Notes: generated by a model not told the origin, from the sequence alone. Positions 9,534-19,868 are shown, counted from the first letter of the stretch. The stretch: DNA of 64,000 nt from an uncultured Alphaproteobacteria bacterium (GCA_902569095.1 CACFSX010000001.1:9575-73574); one strand, 5' to 3'. Numbers and translations: made by a program.

Positions 9534-10010
9534 TCAATTATTTGATGATTTATAGAAAAGTAATGTGATAAAAAATAAAACAGCCCCAAAAGTTATAAAC
9601 GTGTCAGCAAAATTAAATGCTGGCCAATGAAAATTTTTGTAATAAAGATCAATAAAATCAACTACATATCCGGCAAACAATCTGTCGATACCATTCCCTA
9701 TTGCACCCCCTAAAATCATTGACAGTCCAATTAATTCCAATTTGCTTTCAGATTTTATTATCAAAAAAATTACATAAAAGCTTATCACAAAAGATAGCAC
9801 TCCTAGCCAAAAAGGGATATTATACTCTGAAAGCATTCCAAAACTTATCCCTCTATTTTCTACATATACAAAATTCAAGTTTGCAAAAAACGAAGCTTTC
9901 ATCGGCAGTAAATACTTATATTTTAAAACAACTAATTTTGAAATCTGATCAAGAGCTACCACGATAGAAGAAATTGCAAAAGCTAATATAAAATCTTTTT
10001 TAATTTTCAT
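9534..10010 (-). CDS. lspA: Lipoprotein signal peptidase (signal peptidase II)
   Basis: 158 aa, four TM segments, conserved NRGISFG, GNGIDR, VVDFID and FNFADTFI motifs. 11-nt overlap with ileS. Confidence 0.92.
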   Translation of the reverse strand: MKIKKDFILAFAISSIVVALDQISKLVVLKYKYLLPMKASFFANLNFVYVENRGISFGMLSEYNIPFWLGVLSFVISFYVIFLIIKSESKLELIGLSMILGGAIGNGIDRLFAGYVVDFIDLYYKNFHWPAFNFADTFITFGAVLFFITLLFYKSSNN

Positions 10011-12789
10011 TTATTACAGATCTGCACCTATCACAAATTTGATTATTTTCGTCTAGTTGTTTGTAAAGTTTCCAACATCTTGAACATTTATCTCCATCTT
10101 CTTTAAATATTTTTACTCCAATTTCTTTATCATCTGAGTTAAAAAGGAATTGATCGTCGTATTCTTCGGAAATTTTTATATTTGCTGAAATAAGAATTTC
10201 ACTTAAGTTTTGCTTCTCTGATATTTTTTTATACTCATCATTTTTAAAATAAACAAATGCACCTGCCTCTAAACTAGATTTGATTTCCTTTTTATTTCTT
10301 TTTTGCTCAACAGCAAACGTAAATGCATTTTTAATCTCTAAAATTTTTGACCATTCTTTATTTAAATTAGAATCATTCCATTCATCAGGAAGATCAAAAT
10401 TTTCTAATAAATGACAACTCTCTTCACTATCTTTGTCAATATCTTCTTTCCAGCATTGCCAAGCTTCTTCTGTTGTGAATGGGATTACAGGTGAAAGCCA
10501 TCTAATTAAACAATGAAAAACATCAATCATTACAGTCTTAGACGATCTTACAGTAAGAGAATTTTTTTTATCACAATATAATGCATCTTTTCTTATATCG
10601 AAGAATAAAGCAGAAAGTTCTTGAGAACAAAAGTTAAGAACCGTTTGGAAAACCTTATGAAAATTGAACACCTCATATGCATTTATAATCTCTTTATTCA
10701 AGTTATATAATTTATTCCGAATAAATTTCTCTAATGGTAAAAGACTTTCATGTTCTAGTTTAAGTTCGAAAGAAAAATTATTTAAATTCCCTAGGATAAA
10801 TCTTATTGTATTCCTTATTTTTCGATAACTTTCAGCTTGCCTTTCTAAGTTCTGATAACTTATTTTTATGTCTTCATTAAAGTTAGAGTTAGCAACCCAA
10901 ATTCTTAAAATATCTGCACCATACTTTTTAATGACATCTGAAGGTGAGATAACATTTCCCAATGATTTTGACATTTTTTTCCCCTTCTCATCGATGACAA
11001 ACCCATGTGTCAAAACTGACTTAAATGGACTTTCACCGTAGTTGGCACAACTTTCAATTAAAGACGATTGAAACCAACCACGATGCTGATCCGAGCCTTC
11101 TAAATAAAGATCAGCTTTGTAATTAAAACCATTGTTTTTTAAAACATAAACATGACTTGAGCCTGAATCAAACCAAACATCTAAAATAGAACTAACTTTT
11201 TCATATTCTTCTGAATTTACTATTTCACTTAAAAAATAATCTTTTGGTTTAGTGAACCAAGCATCAATACCTTCATTTTTAATAGTTGATAATATTTTCT
11301 TATTAATATGTTCATTAATAAGAGGTTTGCCATTTACTTTGGATACGAAGATAGTAATTGGAACGCCCCACGAACGTTGTCTTGATACACACCAATCTGG
11401 TCGATCTTTGACCATAGATCTAATTCTATTTTTACTATTTCCAGGTATCCACTTCACTTTCTCTATCTCGCTTAGAGCCTTACTTCTAAGATCTTTTCTT
11501 TCCATTGAGATGAACCACTGAGATGTTGCTCTATAAATTAATGGTGCCTTGGACCTCCAGGAATGAGGATAGCTGTGAAAATAATCGTCTGAACTAACTA
11601 GAGTATTTGAATTTTTTAATTCATTAATAACACTTTCATCAGCTTTGTACACGTGCATACCTGAAAAAAAAGGAACATTATTAGTGTACACGCCAGAATT
11701 ATCTACTGTAGGCAAATTATCCAGGTCATTTTTTATACCAACTTCAAAGTCTTCAACTCCATGATTTGGTGCTATATGAACCAATCCTGTACCAGCTTCA
11801 TCAGTAACGTGCTCGGCTTCAAATAAAGTGACTGAGTGATCAAATCCTAAATTTCTTAGTGGATGTTGACATTTTAATTGCTTAAGTTTTTCTGAATCAA
11901 CTGAACTTAATTTTGAAAAGTTGTTAATTGAATGAGTTTTACAAAAATTTTGAACCAAATTATCGGCTAATATAATCTTGTCATGTTTGTTTAATGCGAG
12001 GCTTTTAATATCCTTATCGATTTCAATTAATGAGTATTTAAGATCATTAGAAAAGGCAATTGCCCTATTACATGGAATAGTCCAAGGTGTCGTAGTCCAT
12101 ATAATTATACTCACGTTTTCCAAAAAGTTTTCTACTGGAAATTTTACGTAAATTGCTTTTGATTTTTTTTCTAAATACTCTATTTCAGCTTCAGCTAAAG
12201 CAGTTTGTTCTACAACAGACCACATTACAGGTTTAAATCCAAGATATAACTGTTCTGACTCCAGAAATTTCAATAACTCAGATACAATCGTTACTTCTGA
12301 GTTTTTATTCATTGTTAAATAAATTTCTTCCCAATCAGTCTGAATGCCAAATCTATTAAATTGATCCCTCTGAATATTGACCCATTTGTTTGCAAACTGT
12401 CTGCATTCTTCTCTGAATGTTTGCAAATTAACTTCTGATTTTTTTTTCCCAGATTTTCTAAACTGCTCCTCAACCTTCCATTCGATAGGGAGTCCGTGAC
12501 AATCCCAACCAGGGACATATTCAACGTTCATTGCGCTCTGAAATTTAAATCTGCAAATTACATCTTTTAAAATTTTATTCAAGGCATGACCAAGATGCAG
12601 GTCTCCATTTGCGTAAGGCGGACCGTCATGTAAAACATACTTAGTATTTTTTTTATTTTTTTTTTTAAGTTTGTCATAAATTTTATGTTTATGCCAAAAT
12701 TCAAGCCATTGAGTTTCCTTTTCAGATAAGTTAGCTTTCATGCTAAAATTAGTCTTAGGAAGATTGATTGTTTTTGAATAGTTTGTCAT
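10000..12789 (-). CDS. ileS: Isoleucine--tRNA ligase
   Basis: 929 aa. HIGH-type motif (PPYANGDLHLGHALNK), KMSKS motif (KKMSKSLGN) and a C-terminal zinc knuckle (CSRCWK...CDRC). Confidence 0.97.
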   Translation of the reverse strand: MTNYSKTINLPKTNFSMKANLSEKETQWLEFWHKHKIYDKLKKKNKKNTKYVLHDGPPYANGDLHLGHALNKILKDVICRFKFQSAMNVEYVPGWDCHGLPIEWKVEEQFRKSGKKKSEVNLQTFREECRQFANKWVNIQRDQFNRFGIQTDWEEIYLTMNKNSEVTIVSELLKFLESEQLYLGFKPVMWSVVEQTALAEAEIEYLEKKSKAIYVKFPVENFLENVSIIIWTTTPWTIPCNRAIAFSNDLKYSLIEIDKDIKSLALNKHDKIILADNLVQNFCKTHSINNFSKLSSVDSEKLKQLKCQHPLRNLGFDHSVTLFEAEHVTDEAGTGLVHIAPNHGVEDFEVGIKNDLDNLPTVDNSGVYTNNVPFFSGMHVYKADESVINELKNSNTLVSSDDYFHSYPHSWRSKAPLIYRATSQWFISMERKDLRSKALSEIEKVKWIPGNSKNRIRSMVKDRPDWCVSRQRSWGVPITIFVSKVNGKPLINEHINKKILSTIKNEGIDAWFTKPKDYFLSEIVNSEEYEKVSSILDVWFDSGSSHVYVLKNNGFNYKADLYLEGSDQHRGWFQSSLIESCANYGESPFKSVLTHGFVIDEKGKKMSKSLGNVISPSDVIKKYGADILRIWVANSNFNEDIKISYQNLERQAESYRKIRNTIRFILGNLNNFSFELKLEHESLLPLEKFIRNKLYNLNKEIINAYEVFNFHKVFQTVLNFCSQELSALFFDIRKDALYCDKKNSLTVRSSKTVMIDVFHCLIRWLSPVIPFTTEEAWQCWKEDIDKDSEESCHLLENFDLPDEWNDSNLNKEWSKILEIKNAFTFAVEQKRNKKEIKSSLEAGAFVYFKNDEYKKISEKQNLSEILISANIKISEEYDDQFLFNSDDKEIGVKIFKEDGDKCSRCWKLYKQLDENNQICDRCRSVINEN

Positions 12790-13711
12790 TTTTCACCTGA
12801 TTAATATCTTTTATAATCTGATCCTTTAATTTCTCAACAGATTCAAATTTTTTTTCCTCTCTTATGAACTTGTAAAAAGTTACTTTTATTCTTTCATGAT
12901 AAATATCATTCTCGAAGTTAAAGATGTGGACTTCAAGCAGAGGGTTTGTTTTGTTAAATGTAGGTTTGATCCCAAAGTTCGCGATGCCGAATAGTTTTTT
13001 CTCCCCAAATTTCTTTGGAATCTCTAGTATTACTGAGTATACACCTCTTCTAATCTGACAAAACTTATTGGTCTTAATATTTGCTGTTCTAAACCCAATT
13101 TGCCTTGCTTTTTTTTCACCTTTTTGAATTTTTCCTGTAATAGTCCACTTTCGTGTCAATAAATCGTTAGCTTGATCTAAATCCCCTTTTTTCAATAATT
13201 CTCTTATATTTGAAGAGGAAATTTCAACATTATCAGAATTTCTCACCTCAGGAACTACCACAAAATCAAAAGCTTTTGTCTTGTTTACGTAATCATTTAT
13301 ATATTTTACATTACCCTTTTTGTTATTCCCAAAAACAAAATCAAATCCTGTAACAACAGTGTTCACGCCAAGGTTTTTAATTAGATCAATTTCAATAAAC
13401 GATATCGCAGTTTTATTTAAAAATGCGTGGTCGAATTTAATGTTTATTAAAAAATCTATTTTTGCTAATTTGAAAATTTCACATTTTTCTCTAAATGGAG
13501 TTAACCTAAAATAATCATATTGTTTGTTAAAATAACATTTTGGATGTGGCTCAAATGTTAAAACACCAAATTTAGTGTTTTTAGTTTGTGCATTTTTTTT
13601 TGCAGTGTGTATTACAGCCTGATGCCCCCTATGCACTCCATCGAAGTTACCTATTGCTATCGTAGAATTCATGTATTCTTGAGGGATTTTAAATGTTCTA
13701 AAGACTCTCAT
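12755..13711 (-). CDS. ribF: Bifunctional riboflavin kinase / FMN adenylyltransferase
   Basis: 318 aa. N-terminal IAIGNFDGVHRGHQ and a C-terminal riboflavin kinase domain (GFRTANI..., LEVHIFNF). Its 3' end overlaps the ileS start by 35 nt. Confidence 0.92.
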   Translation of the reverse strand: MRVFRTFKIPQEYMNSTIAIGNFDGVHRGHQAVIHTAKKNAQTKNTKFGVLTFEPHPKCYFNKQYDYFRLTPFREKCEIFKLAKIDFLINIKFDHAFLNKTAISFIEIDLIKNLGVNTVVTGFDFVFGNNKKGNVKYINDYVNKTKAFDFVVVPEVRNSDNVEISSSNIRELLKKGDLDQANDLLTRKWTITGKIQKGEKKARQIGFRTANIKTNKFCQIRRGVYSVILEIPKKFGEKKLFGIANFGIKPTFNKTNPLLEVHIFNFENDIYHERIKVTFYKFIREEKKFESVEKLKDQIIKDINQVKNDKLFKNNQSS

Positions 13712-14164
13712 CTAGACAAAATCTTTTTTTTCCGAAACTAAAATATCTGCTTGTCCTGTAAGAATTTTTTTTTTTGAATTAAAACATTCAGTCAATAGAT
13801 TAACTTTTCTCTTTTCAATTTCGATTTTCTTGATTGTAACTATTGCAGTTATTGTATCTCCTATAAAAACAGGAGCCAGAAATTTTAGAGTCTGATTCAA
13901 ATAAATACTTCCAGGGCCTGGAAGTTGTGTTGCTATAACAGTTGAAATTAGACTTCCAGACAAAAAACCGTGTGCAATTCTTTTTTTAAAAATTGAACTT
14001 CGAGCAAATTTGTCGTCCATGTGAATTGGATTATTATCACCAGATACCTTTGAAAAAAGATTGATATCGTTTTCAGAAATTTTTTTTTTGTAATGGGCTT
14101 CCTGATTAATTTTTAAGTCCTCTAAAAAATATCCATGCTTCTTGAGAAAGTAACTTTTATCCAT
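13712..14164 (-). CDS. MaoC-like (R)-specific enoyl-CoA hydratase (single hot-dog, PhaJ-like)
   Basis: 150 aa with the hydratase-2 motif FSKVSGDNNPIHMD. Abuts ribF with no spacer. Confidence 0.8.
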   Translation of the reverse strand: MDKSYFLKKHGYFLEDLKINQEAHYKKKISENDINLFSKVSGDNNPIHMDDKFARSSIFKKRIAHGFLSGSLISTVIATQLPGPGSIYLNQTLKFLAPVFIGDTITAIVTIKKIEIEKRKVNLLTECFNSKKKILTGQADILVSEKKDFV

Positions 14165-14217
14165 TTTTACTAAAAAATAAGTTTAATATAATTCTACTAA
14201 TTAATATATATTTCTAC

Positions 14218-15405
14218 ATGATACATGTCTTTTTTTTATTAATTTACACTTTTTTTTTTTCAATTTCTAACTGTCACGATTTTAGTGATTATAAAACTTA
14301 CAAAAAATCAAAAATAGGTCTTAATATTCAAAAAATATCACAAGAGAAATTCCACTATCCGTGGGCAATTACATTTTTAGACAGAAGTAATATTCTTGTG
14401 ACTGAAAAAAACGGCAACATATTCAAGATTAATACTTCCAATGGTGACCGTCTTCAAATAAAGCATAATATTCCACACATTGAATTTAGACATGGTCAAG
14501 GTGGATTGTTAGATGTTTATAAACATTCTGACGGTTATATATACTTTACCTACAGTCATGATTTCAAAGGAAAAACAAAGAGTGGGAGATTATCAAACCA
14601 TTCAAGTACTGCTGTAGCACGAGGTAAACTGCAAAATAACGAGATTGTAGACTTAGAAACATTATTGATAGCAAAACCTAGACTTGATACAGACAAACAC
14701 TGGGGAGCAAGGATTGTTATTAAGGATGATTTTTTATTTGTGGGATTTGGTGAAAGAGATAAAGGAATGATTGCTCAAAACCCACAAAAACATCCTGGTA
14801 GTATAATTAGAATTAAAACTGACGGAACTATACCTATTGATAATCCAGCATACCTGGGTTTTGAAGATTGGTTACCCGAGATCTATCAAATAGGAATGCG
14901 AAATCCACAAGGAATGGCTATTTCCCCAAAAAATGGTGAAATATACTTTTCACAACATGGTCCAATGGGTGGAGATAATATTGGGATTGTAAAATTTGCA
15001 GGAAATTATGGATGGAAAGATATTGCTTGGGGAGGGAAGGAATATTCTGGAAGAAAGATTGGAACATCAGACTTTAAAGATAAATACAACAAAAATTTAA
15101 TTACATGGATACCATCAATTGCTGTTGGTAATATTCAATTCTATAAAGGCGAAACCTTTTACGAATGGAATGAAAATTTAATAGTAAGCGCTACTAAAAC
15201 TAAATTATTAGCTAGATTAGTTTTTAAGGAATCCAAAATAATTGACCAAGAAATAATTATAAAAGATGACAAAAGAATTGGAAGAATAAGAGATTTTGAA
15301 ATTGATCATGAAGGTAATATACTTGTTATATCTGACAGCAGCTCTTCATATTTGTGGAAAATTTCTAGAGACTATTCTATGCCAAGCAAAGCAGAGCAAA
15401 ATTGA
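14218..15405 (+). CDS. PQQ-dependent sugar dehydrogenase (soluble glucose/sorbosone dehydrogenase, YliI-like), secreted
   Basis: 395 aa with a hydrophobic N-terminal signal. Beta-propeller family motifs GGLLDV, HPGSIIRI, RNPQGMA and HGPMGGDN. Confidence 0.8.
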   Translation: MIHVFFLLIYTFFFSISNCHDFSDYKTYKKSKIGLNIQKISQEKFHYPWAITFLDRSNILVTEKNGNIFKINTSNGDRLQIKHNIPHIEFRHGQGGLLDVYKHSDGYIYFTYSHDFKGKTKSGRLSNHSSTAVARGKLQNNEIVDLETLLIAKPRLDTDKHWGARIVIKDDFLFVGFGERDKGMIAQNPQKHPGSIIRIKTDGTIPIDNPAYLGFEDWLPEIYQIGMRNPQGMAISPKNGEIYFSQHGPMGGDNIGIVKFAGNYGWKDIAWGGKEYSGRKIGTSDFKDKYNKNLITWIPSIAVGNIQFYKGETFYEWNENLIVSATKTKLLARLVFKESKIIDQEIIIKDDKRIGRIRDFEIDHEGNILVISDSSSSYLWKISRDYSMPSKAEQN

Positions 15406-16283
15406 TCGGCATCAAATTGCGCTAAATCTTCTTTTGATTCACCGGTTCCAATAAAAGAAATTGGAATCTTAAGTTTCTCAGCTATTGGAATTAAAGCGCC
15501 ACCTTTAGCTGATCCGTCTAGCTTTGTTACAATCAGACTGTCAATATCGCAAATTTCTTTGAAAACTTCAGCTTGTCTGATCGAGTTTTGACCAATATTC
15601 CCATCGAGAATTAAAATAGTTTCACTGGGAATTGATTCGTCAATTTTTTTTATTACTCTTATTATTTTTGATAACTCGTTCATTAAATCAGTTTTATTGT
15701 GCAATCTTCCAGCTGTATCAATAAGAAGAATATCAAGTTTTTTTTCTGTCGCTGTGATCACCGACTTGTATGCTAGAGCTGCAGGATCAGAAAGTTCTTT
15801 TGCAGAGAAAAATTCAGATTTCGTTCTGTCTGCCCAAATTTTTAGCTGCTCTACTGCTGCTGCACGAAAAGTGTCAGCTGCGACCATTCCTACTTTTTTT
15901 CCATCTTTTAAAAATTTATCAGCAAGCTTTCCAATAGTAGCAGTTTTTCCAACCCCATTAACCCCTACTACTAAAATAACAAATAAATTTTTTGTTAAGT
16001 CAATTTTCTTTTCAAGCGGGGCAAGAGTCTCTTTTAGTTTTTTTTTAATAATCTCCTTTACTTTTTCTGAGCTAGGATTGAGTAATTTTGATTTTTTTAG
16101 TTCTTGGATAATTTTTGATGACGATTCTACCCCAAGATCAGAGGAAATCATCAGTTCTTCTAACTCCTGTAAGGTGGATTCATCAATTTTTTTACTTTTT
16201 AAGATTTTTTGAATTCCACCAGATATCTTATCTGATGATTTTGATAAACTTTTCTTTAACTTTTTAAACCAACGAACAACCAT
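15372..16283 (-). CDS. ftsY: Signal recognition particle receptor FtsY
   Basis: 303 aa. SRP-GTPase NG domain with GVNGVGKTAT, DTAGR and TKLDG motifs. Confidence 0.96.
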   Translation of the reverse strand: MVVRWFKKLKKSLSKSSDKISGGIQKILKSKKIDESTLQELEELMISSDLGVESSSKIIQELKKSKLLNPSSEKVKEIIKKKLKETLAPLEKKIDLTKNLFVILVVGVNGVGKTATIGKLADKFLKDGKKVGMVAADTFRAAAVEQLKIWADRTKSEFFSAKELSDPAALAYKSVITATEKKLDILLIDTAGRLHNKTDLMNELSKIIRVIKKIDESIPSETILILDGNIGQNSIRQAEVFKEICDIDSLIVTKLDGSAKGGALIPIAEKLKIPISFIGTGESKEDLAQFDADQFCSALLGIE

Positions 16284-16285
16284 GT

Positions 16286-17524
16286 TTATTTTAATTCAGC
16301 AATTAATGAATCCCCTTGTCGCGAGACAATCTTCACATTAGCTATTGAGCCCGGCTTAATAGATTTTTTACTGTCCTTGGTTTTAACCTTAAAGTATCCA
16401 TCAGAATAACTCATTTTGTGGGATTCAAAAAGGATGCTTGAAGACTTTCCAATTTCTTTATTTAATTTTTGATGAAGAATGTCTTTGCATTTATTTCTAA
16501 GAATCTCTACTCTTAATTTTTTCTCTTCTTCCTTTATCTGTGGCATTTTTGATGCCGGTGTTCCGTCTTTAGATGAATAAGGAAAGATATGAACGTTTGT
16601 AAATTCACAAGTTTCTATCAATTCTAATGTATTTTTAAACATTTGGTTTGTTTCGGTAGGGAATCCAACTATTATATCAGCTCCAAAAGTGAAATCAGAT
16701 CTCACGATACTTAAATCATGACAAAGTTTTATAACCTCTTCTCTATTATGTCTTCTTTTCATTCTTTTAAGAATTAAATTATCTCCTGACTGAAGGGATA
16801 AGTGAAGATGAGGAAGTATTCTTTTTTCTTTCAATAGAAGATCCATCAAATCGTCATCAATTTCTGCTGGATCAATTGAGGATAATCTCAATCTTCTTAA
16901 TTTAGGTTGAAAATTTAACAATCTCCTCAAGATATTCCCAAGTTTAGGCTTTCCTGGAAGATCAATGCCATAGGATGTCAAATCAACTCCTGTCATAACA
17001 ATTTCACTGTAACCACTTTCGATCAATCTCTCAGCTCGCTTATTGATCTCATCAAATGGCAAGCTTTTGGAGTCACCTCTACCATAAGGAATAATACAGA
17101 AAGTGCATCTGTGATCGCATCCCTGTTGTATTTGTAGCATTGCTCTTGTGCGGCTCGATGAAAAATCCTTTAAGAAAGGAAAATTAAAATCTTTTTCTTC
17201 CTTTATTTCTTGATCTATGTAACTTTCAGGTAAAGTTTTTCTTTTATTATCAACAATTTTATGAACGTTTTTTAAATCTGAGAATACTTTTTCATTAACT
17301 TGACTCGCACAACCCGTTACATAAATTTGATAGTTTGGGAATTTTCTAGATGCCTTCTTGACTTCATTAACTGATTTTCGAACAGCTTGATTTGTAACAG
17401 CACAAGTGTTTATGACAATCTTTTTTTCTAAATTTTCCTGATTAAGAATATTCTTAATAACTTCTGACTCAAAAAAATTGAGTCTGCAACCTAGATTAAT
17501 AACTTTTGTATCTTCTTTTTTCAT
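16286..17524 (-). CDS. mtaB: tRNA methylthiotransferase, MtaB-like radical SAM enzyme
   Basis: 412 aa. UPF0004 N-domain cysteines, radical-SAM CDHRCTFC cluster motif and a C-terminal TRAM-like domain. The dapF-mtaB-ftsY order is common in Alphaproteobacteria. Confidence 0.85.
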   Translation of the reverse strand: MKKEDTKVINLGCRLNFFESEVIKNILNQENLEKKIVINTCAVTNQAVRKSVNEVKKASRKFPNYQIYVTGCASQVNEKVFSDLKNVHKIVDNKRKTLPESYIDQEIKEEKDFNFPFLKDFSSSRTRAMLQIQQGCDHRCTFCIIPYGRGDSKSLPFDEINKRAERLIESGYSEIVMTGVDLTSYGIDLPGKPKLGNILRRLLNFQPKLRRLRLSSIDPAEIDDDLMDLLLKEKRILPHLHLSLQSGDNLILKRMKRRHNREEVIKLCHDLSIVRSDFTFGADIIVGFPTETNQMFKNTLELIETCEFTNVHIFPYSSKDGTPASKMPQIKEEEKKLRVEILRNKCKDILHQKLNKEIGKSSSILFESHKMSYSDGYFKVKTKDSKKSIKPGSIANVKIVSRQGDSLIAELK

Positions 17525-18354
17525 CGTACATAGTCCTTCAAATTAATTTGACCTACAAATACATCTTTTGCATCTCCGATAGTTAAAATATGCTCATCTC
17601 TTGTTATTTCAACAAATAGATTGCCTCCAGCCATTGACACCTCGACATTTTTATCACAAAAATTTAATTTATTGGAGGCAAAAACTGAAGCTCCAGCTCC
17701 CGAACCACATGCATCTGTAATTCCAACACCTCTTTCATATGTAAGGATATTTACCTTAGTTCTGGATAAAACTTTAACAATACTAACGTTTACACCACTT
17801 GGAAAAAAATTAGTTTTAATAATTTTTTCCGAGTCTTTCTTTAATTCTCTTACATTTAGGTAATCACCAAAAAAAATTACATGTGGATTTCCAACATTTA
17901 CAGCAAAACCTCCTTTAAGGTAATCAAAATCAAAATCTAGATTTTGAGTATCCACATCAATTTTAATTGGAATCTTATCCCACGAAATATTGGGTTTTCC
18001 AAGATCAACTGATATTTTTTCACTGATATTTTTCTCAACATCGATCAATCCTGAATTTGTCTCAACAGTCACATTTGTTTTTTTAAATTTTTTAAAGTAA
18101 TAATTTCCTATACATCTTAATGCATTTCCGCAAACTTCTGCCTCTGATCCATCCTTATTGAAAAATCTAGCAACCAGATCAGAATAATTATTTTCTGATT
18201 TATTCAAAAAAACGGTCAAGTCGCAACCTACTCCTTTTTTTCTATCGGATAAAAACTTTACTAACTCCTTAGAAATATTTAATTTAGAATATTCTGTAAA
18301 AATTACAAAATCATTGCCTAGGCCATGTGCTTTTAGAAACTTAAATTCAGTCAT
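17521..18354 (-). CDS. dapF: Diaminopimelate epimerase
   Basis: 277 aa. FLKAHGLGNDFV N-terminus and the two catalytic Cys contexts (CGNALRC, DACGSGA). Confidence 0.92.
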   Translation of the reverse strand: MTEFKFLKAHGLGNDFVIFTEYSKLNISKELVKFLSDRKKGVGCDLTVFLNKSENNYSDLVARFFNKDGSEAEVCGNALRCIGNYYFKKFKKTNVTVETNSGLIDVEKNISEKISVDLGKPNISWDKIPIKIDVDTQNLDFDFDYLKGGFAVNVGNPHVIFFGDYLNVRELKKDSEKIIKTNFFPSGVNVSIVKVLSRTKVNILTYERGVGITDACGSGAGASVFASNKLNFCDKNVEVSMAGGNLFVEITRDEHILTIGDAKDVFVGQINLKDYVR

Positions 18355-18420
18355 TGTAATTATAAATAAATTACTTTAAGAATTAATTCTTTTTTGATAT
18401 AAACACAATTAATAAATTCA

Positions 18421-18458
18421 GTCAGTCCACGAGTATCGTGCACTGGCTTTTTTTGTTT
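18421..18458 (+). terminator. Terminator-like GC-rich hairpin plus T-run, immediately upstream of the ffh ribosome-binding region (function unknown)
   Basis: 18421-18447 (GTCAGTCCACG-AGTAT-CGTGCACTGGC) folds into a roughly 10-bp stem with one C.C mismatch, one G.U pair and a 5-nt loop. It is followed by TTTTTTTGTTT (18448-18458), and the ffh ATG is 17 nt downstream. Orientation is + only. Confidence 0.35.
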
Positions 18459-18475
18459 ATAATTATTAGAGAGAA

Positions 18476-19855
18476 ATGTTCGAAAATCTAACAAGAAAAG
18501 TATCAAATATATTTGATAAGATTAAGGGAAGTGGTGTTATTGACGATTCAACCTTGCAAAATGTAATGAGAGAAATTAGGGTTGCCTTACTTGAATCAGA
18601 TGTATCTCTTTCTGTTGCAAAAGATTTTATAGAAAATGTCAAATCCAAGGCAATTGGTCAAGAAGTCATTAAAAGTATTTCTCCAGATCAAATGATTATA
18701 AAAGTTGTGAATGACCAACTTACTGAACTTTTGGGTTCCGAAAACGATAGTCTAAAACTAAACGCTAAAACTCCAGTGCTTTTTCTTATGGTTGGTCTTC
18801 AAGGCTCGGGGAAAACCACAACATCTGCTAAGCTTGCAAGGTGGATAACTAAAAACAATAATAAAAAAGTAATGATGGCATCTCTCGATATATATAGGCC
18901 AGCTGCACAAGAGCAACTAATAAAACTTGGAGCAGATAACGAAATAGCAACATTAGAATTGCAAGAAAACAGCTCACCATTACAAATAGCTCAAATTGCT
19001 GTGGAATCTGCTAAAAAGTCAAACTTTGACATATTAATTCTAGATAGCGCTGGAAGAAATCATATAGACACTAAAATGATGAATGAAGTAAAAGAAATTT
19101 CAAAAAAATTTAATTTTTCTGAAATATTATTGGTTTCAGATTCTATGACAGGTCAAGATGCAGTCAACACGGCAAAAAACTTTTCAGAGCAAGTAAATTT
19201 AACTGGAATAATCTTAACAAGAATTGATGGTGACTCAAGGGGCGGTGCTGCACTTTCAATGAGACAAGTTACCCAAAAACCAATCAAATTCATGGGCACT
19301 GGAGAAAAAATAGACGACATAGAAATATTTCATCCAGATAGAATAGCAAACAGAATTTTAGGAATGGGAGATGTGGTCACTTTGGTTGAAAAAGCTTCCG
19401 AAGAAATAGATGAACAAGAAGCTAAACAAATGCAACAAAAATTTCTGAAAGGAAGATTTACTTTACTCGACTACTCAAAACAACTTGATCAATTGACTAA
19501 GATGGGAGGGATTCAGAGTGTCTTAAAATACTTACCAGGTCTCTCAGGACTAAAAGAAAAGATGGAAGAAAAAATGGAAAATAATGATGTTTTTAAAAAA
19601 CAAAAAGCGATTATTAATTCTATGACTCCTAGAGAGAGAATACACCCAGAGTTAGTTAAAGCATCAAGAAAAATAAGAATCTCAAAAGGATCCGGAACCA
19701 ATGTTCAAGATATTAATAAGTTGCTTAAACAATTTAAAAAAATGAGTCAAATGATGAAAAAAATGGGGAGAAATAAAAACATGGATAGTATTATGAACAG
19801 TGGTCAATTTGGCGACATTCAAAGCTTAATAAATAAAAATAAACCAATACAATAG
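18476..19855 (+). CDS. ffh: Signal recognition particle protein Ffh
   Basis: 459 aa. NG domain ([20 protein letters not shown]) and a Met-rich M domain. Confidence 0.97.
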   Translation: MFENLTRKVSNIFDKIKGSGVIDDSTLQNVMREIRVALLESDVSLSVAKDFIENVKSKAIGQEVIKSISPDQMIIKVVNDQLTELLGSENDSLKLNAKTPVLFLMVGLQGSGKTTTSAKLARWITKNNNKKVMMASLDIYRPAAQEQLIKLGADNEIATLELQENSSPLQIAQIAVESAKKSNFDILILDSAGRNHIDTKMMNEVKEISKKFNFSEILLVSDSMTGQDAVNTAKNFSEQVNLTGIILTRIDGDSRGGAALSMRQVTQKPIKFMGTGEKIDDIEIFHPDRIANRILGMGDVVTLVEKASEEIDEQEAKQMQQKFLKGRFTLLDYSKQLDQLTKMGGIQSVLKYLPGLSGLKEKMEEKMENNDVFKKQKAIINSMTPRERIHPELVKASRKIRISKGSGTNVQDINKLLKQFKKMSQMMKKMGRNKNMDSIMNSGQFGDIQSLINKNKPIQ

Positions 19856-19868
19856 AAAGGAAAACTTA

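Noticed and set aside
15697-16212. 171-aa ORF on the + strand, long for such AT-rich DNA.
   Set aside because: It lies entirely antisense to ftsY, which has unmistakable SRP-GTPase motifs. The antisense product is S/F/A-rich low complexity with no motif. It is a shadow ORF.
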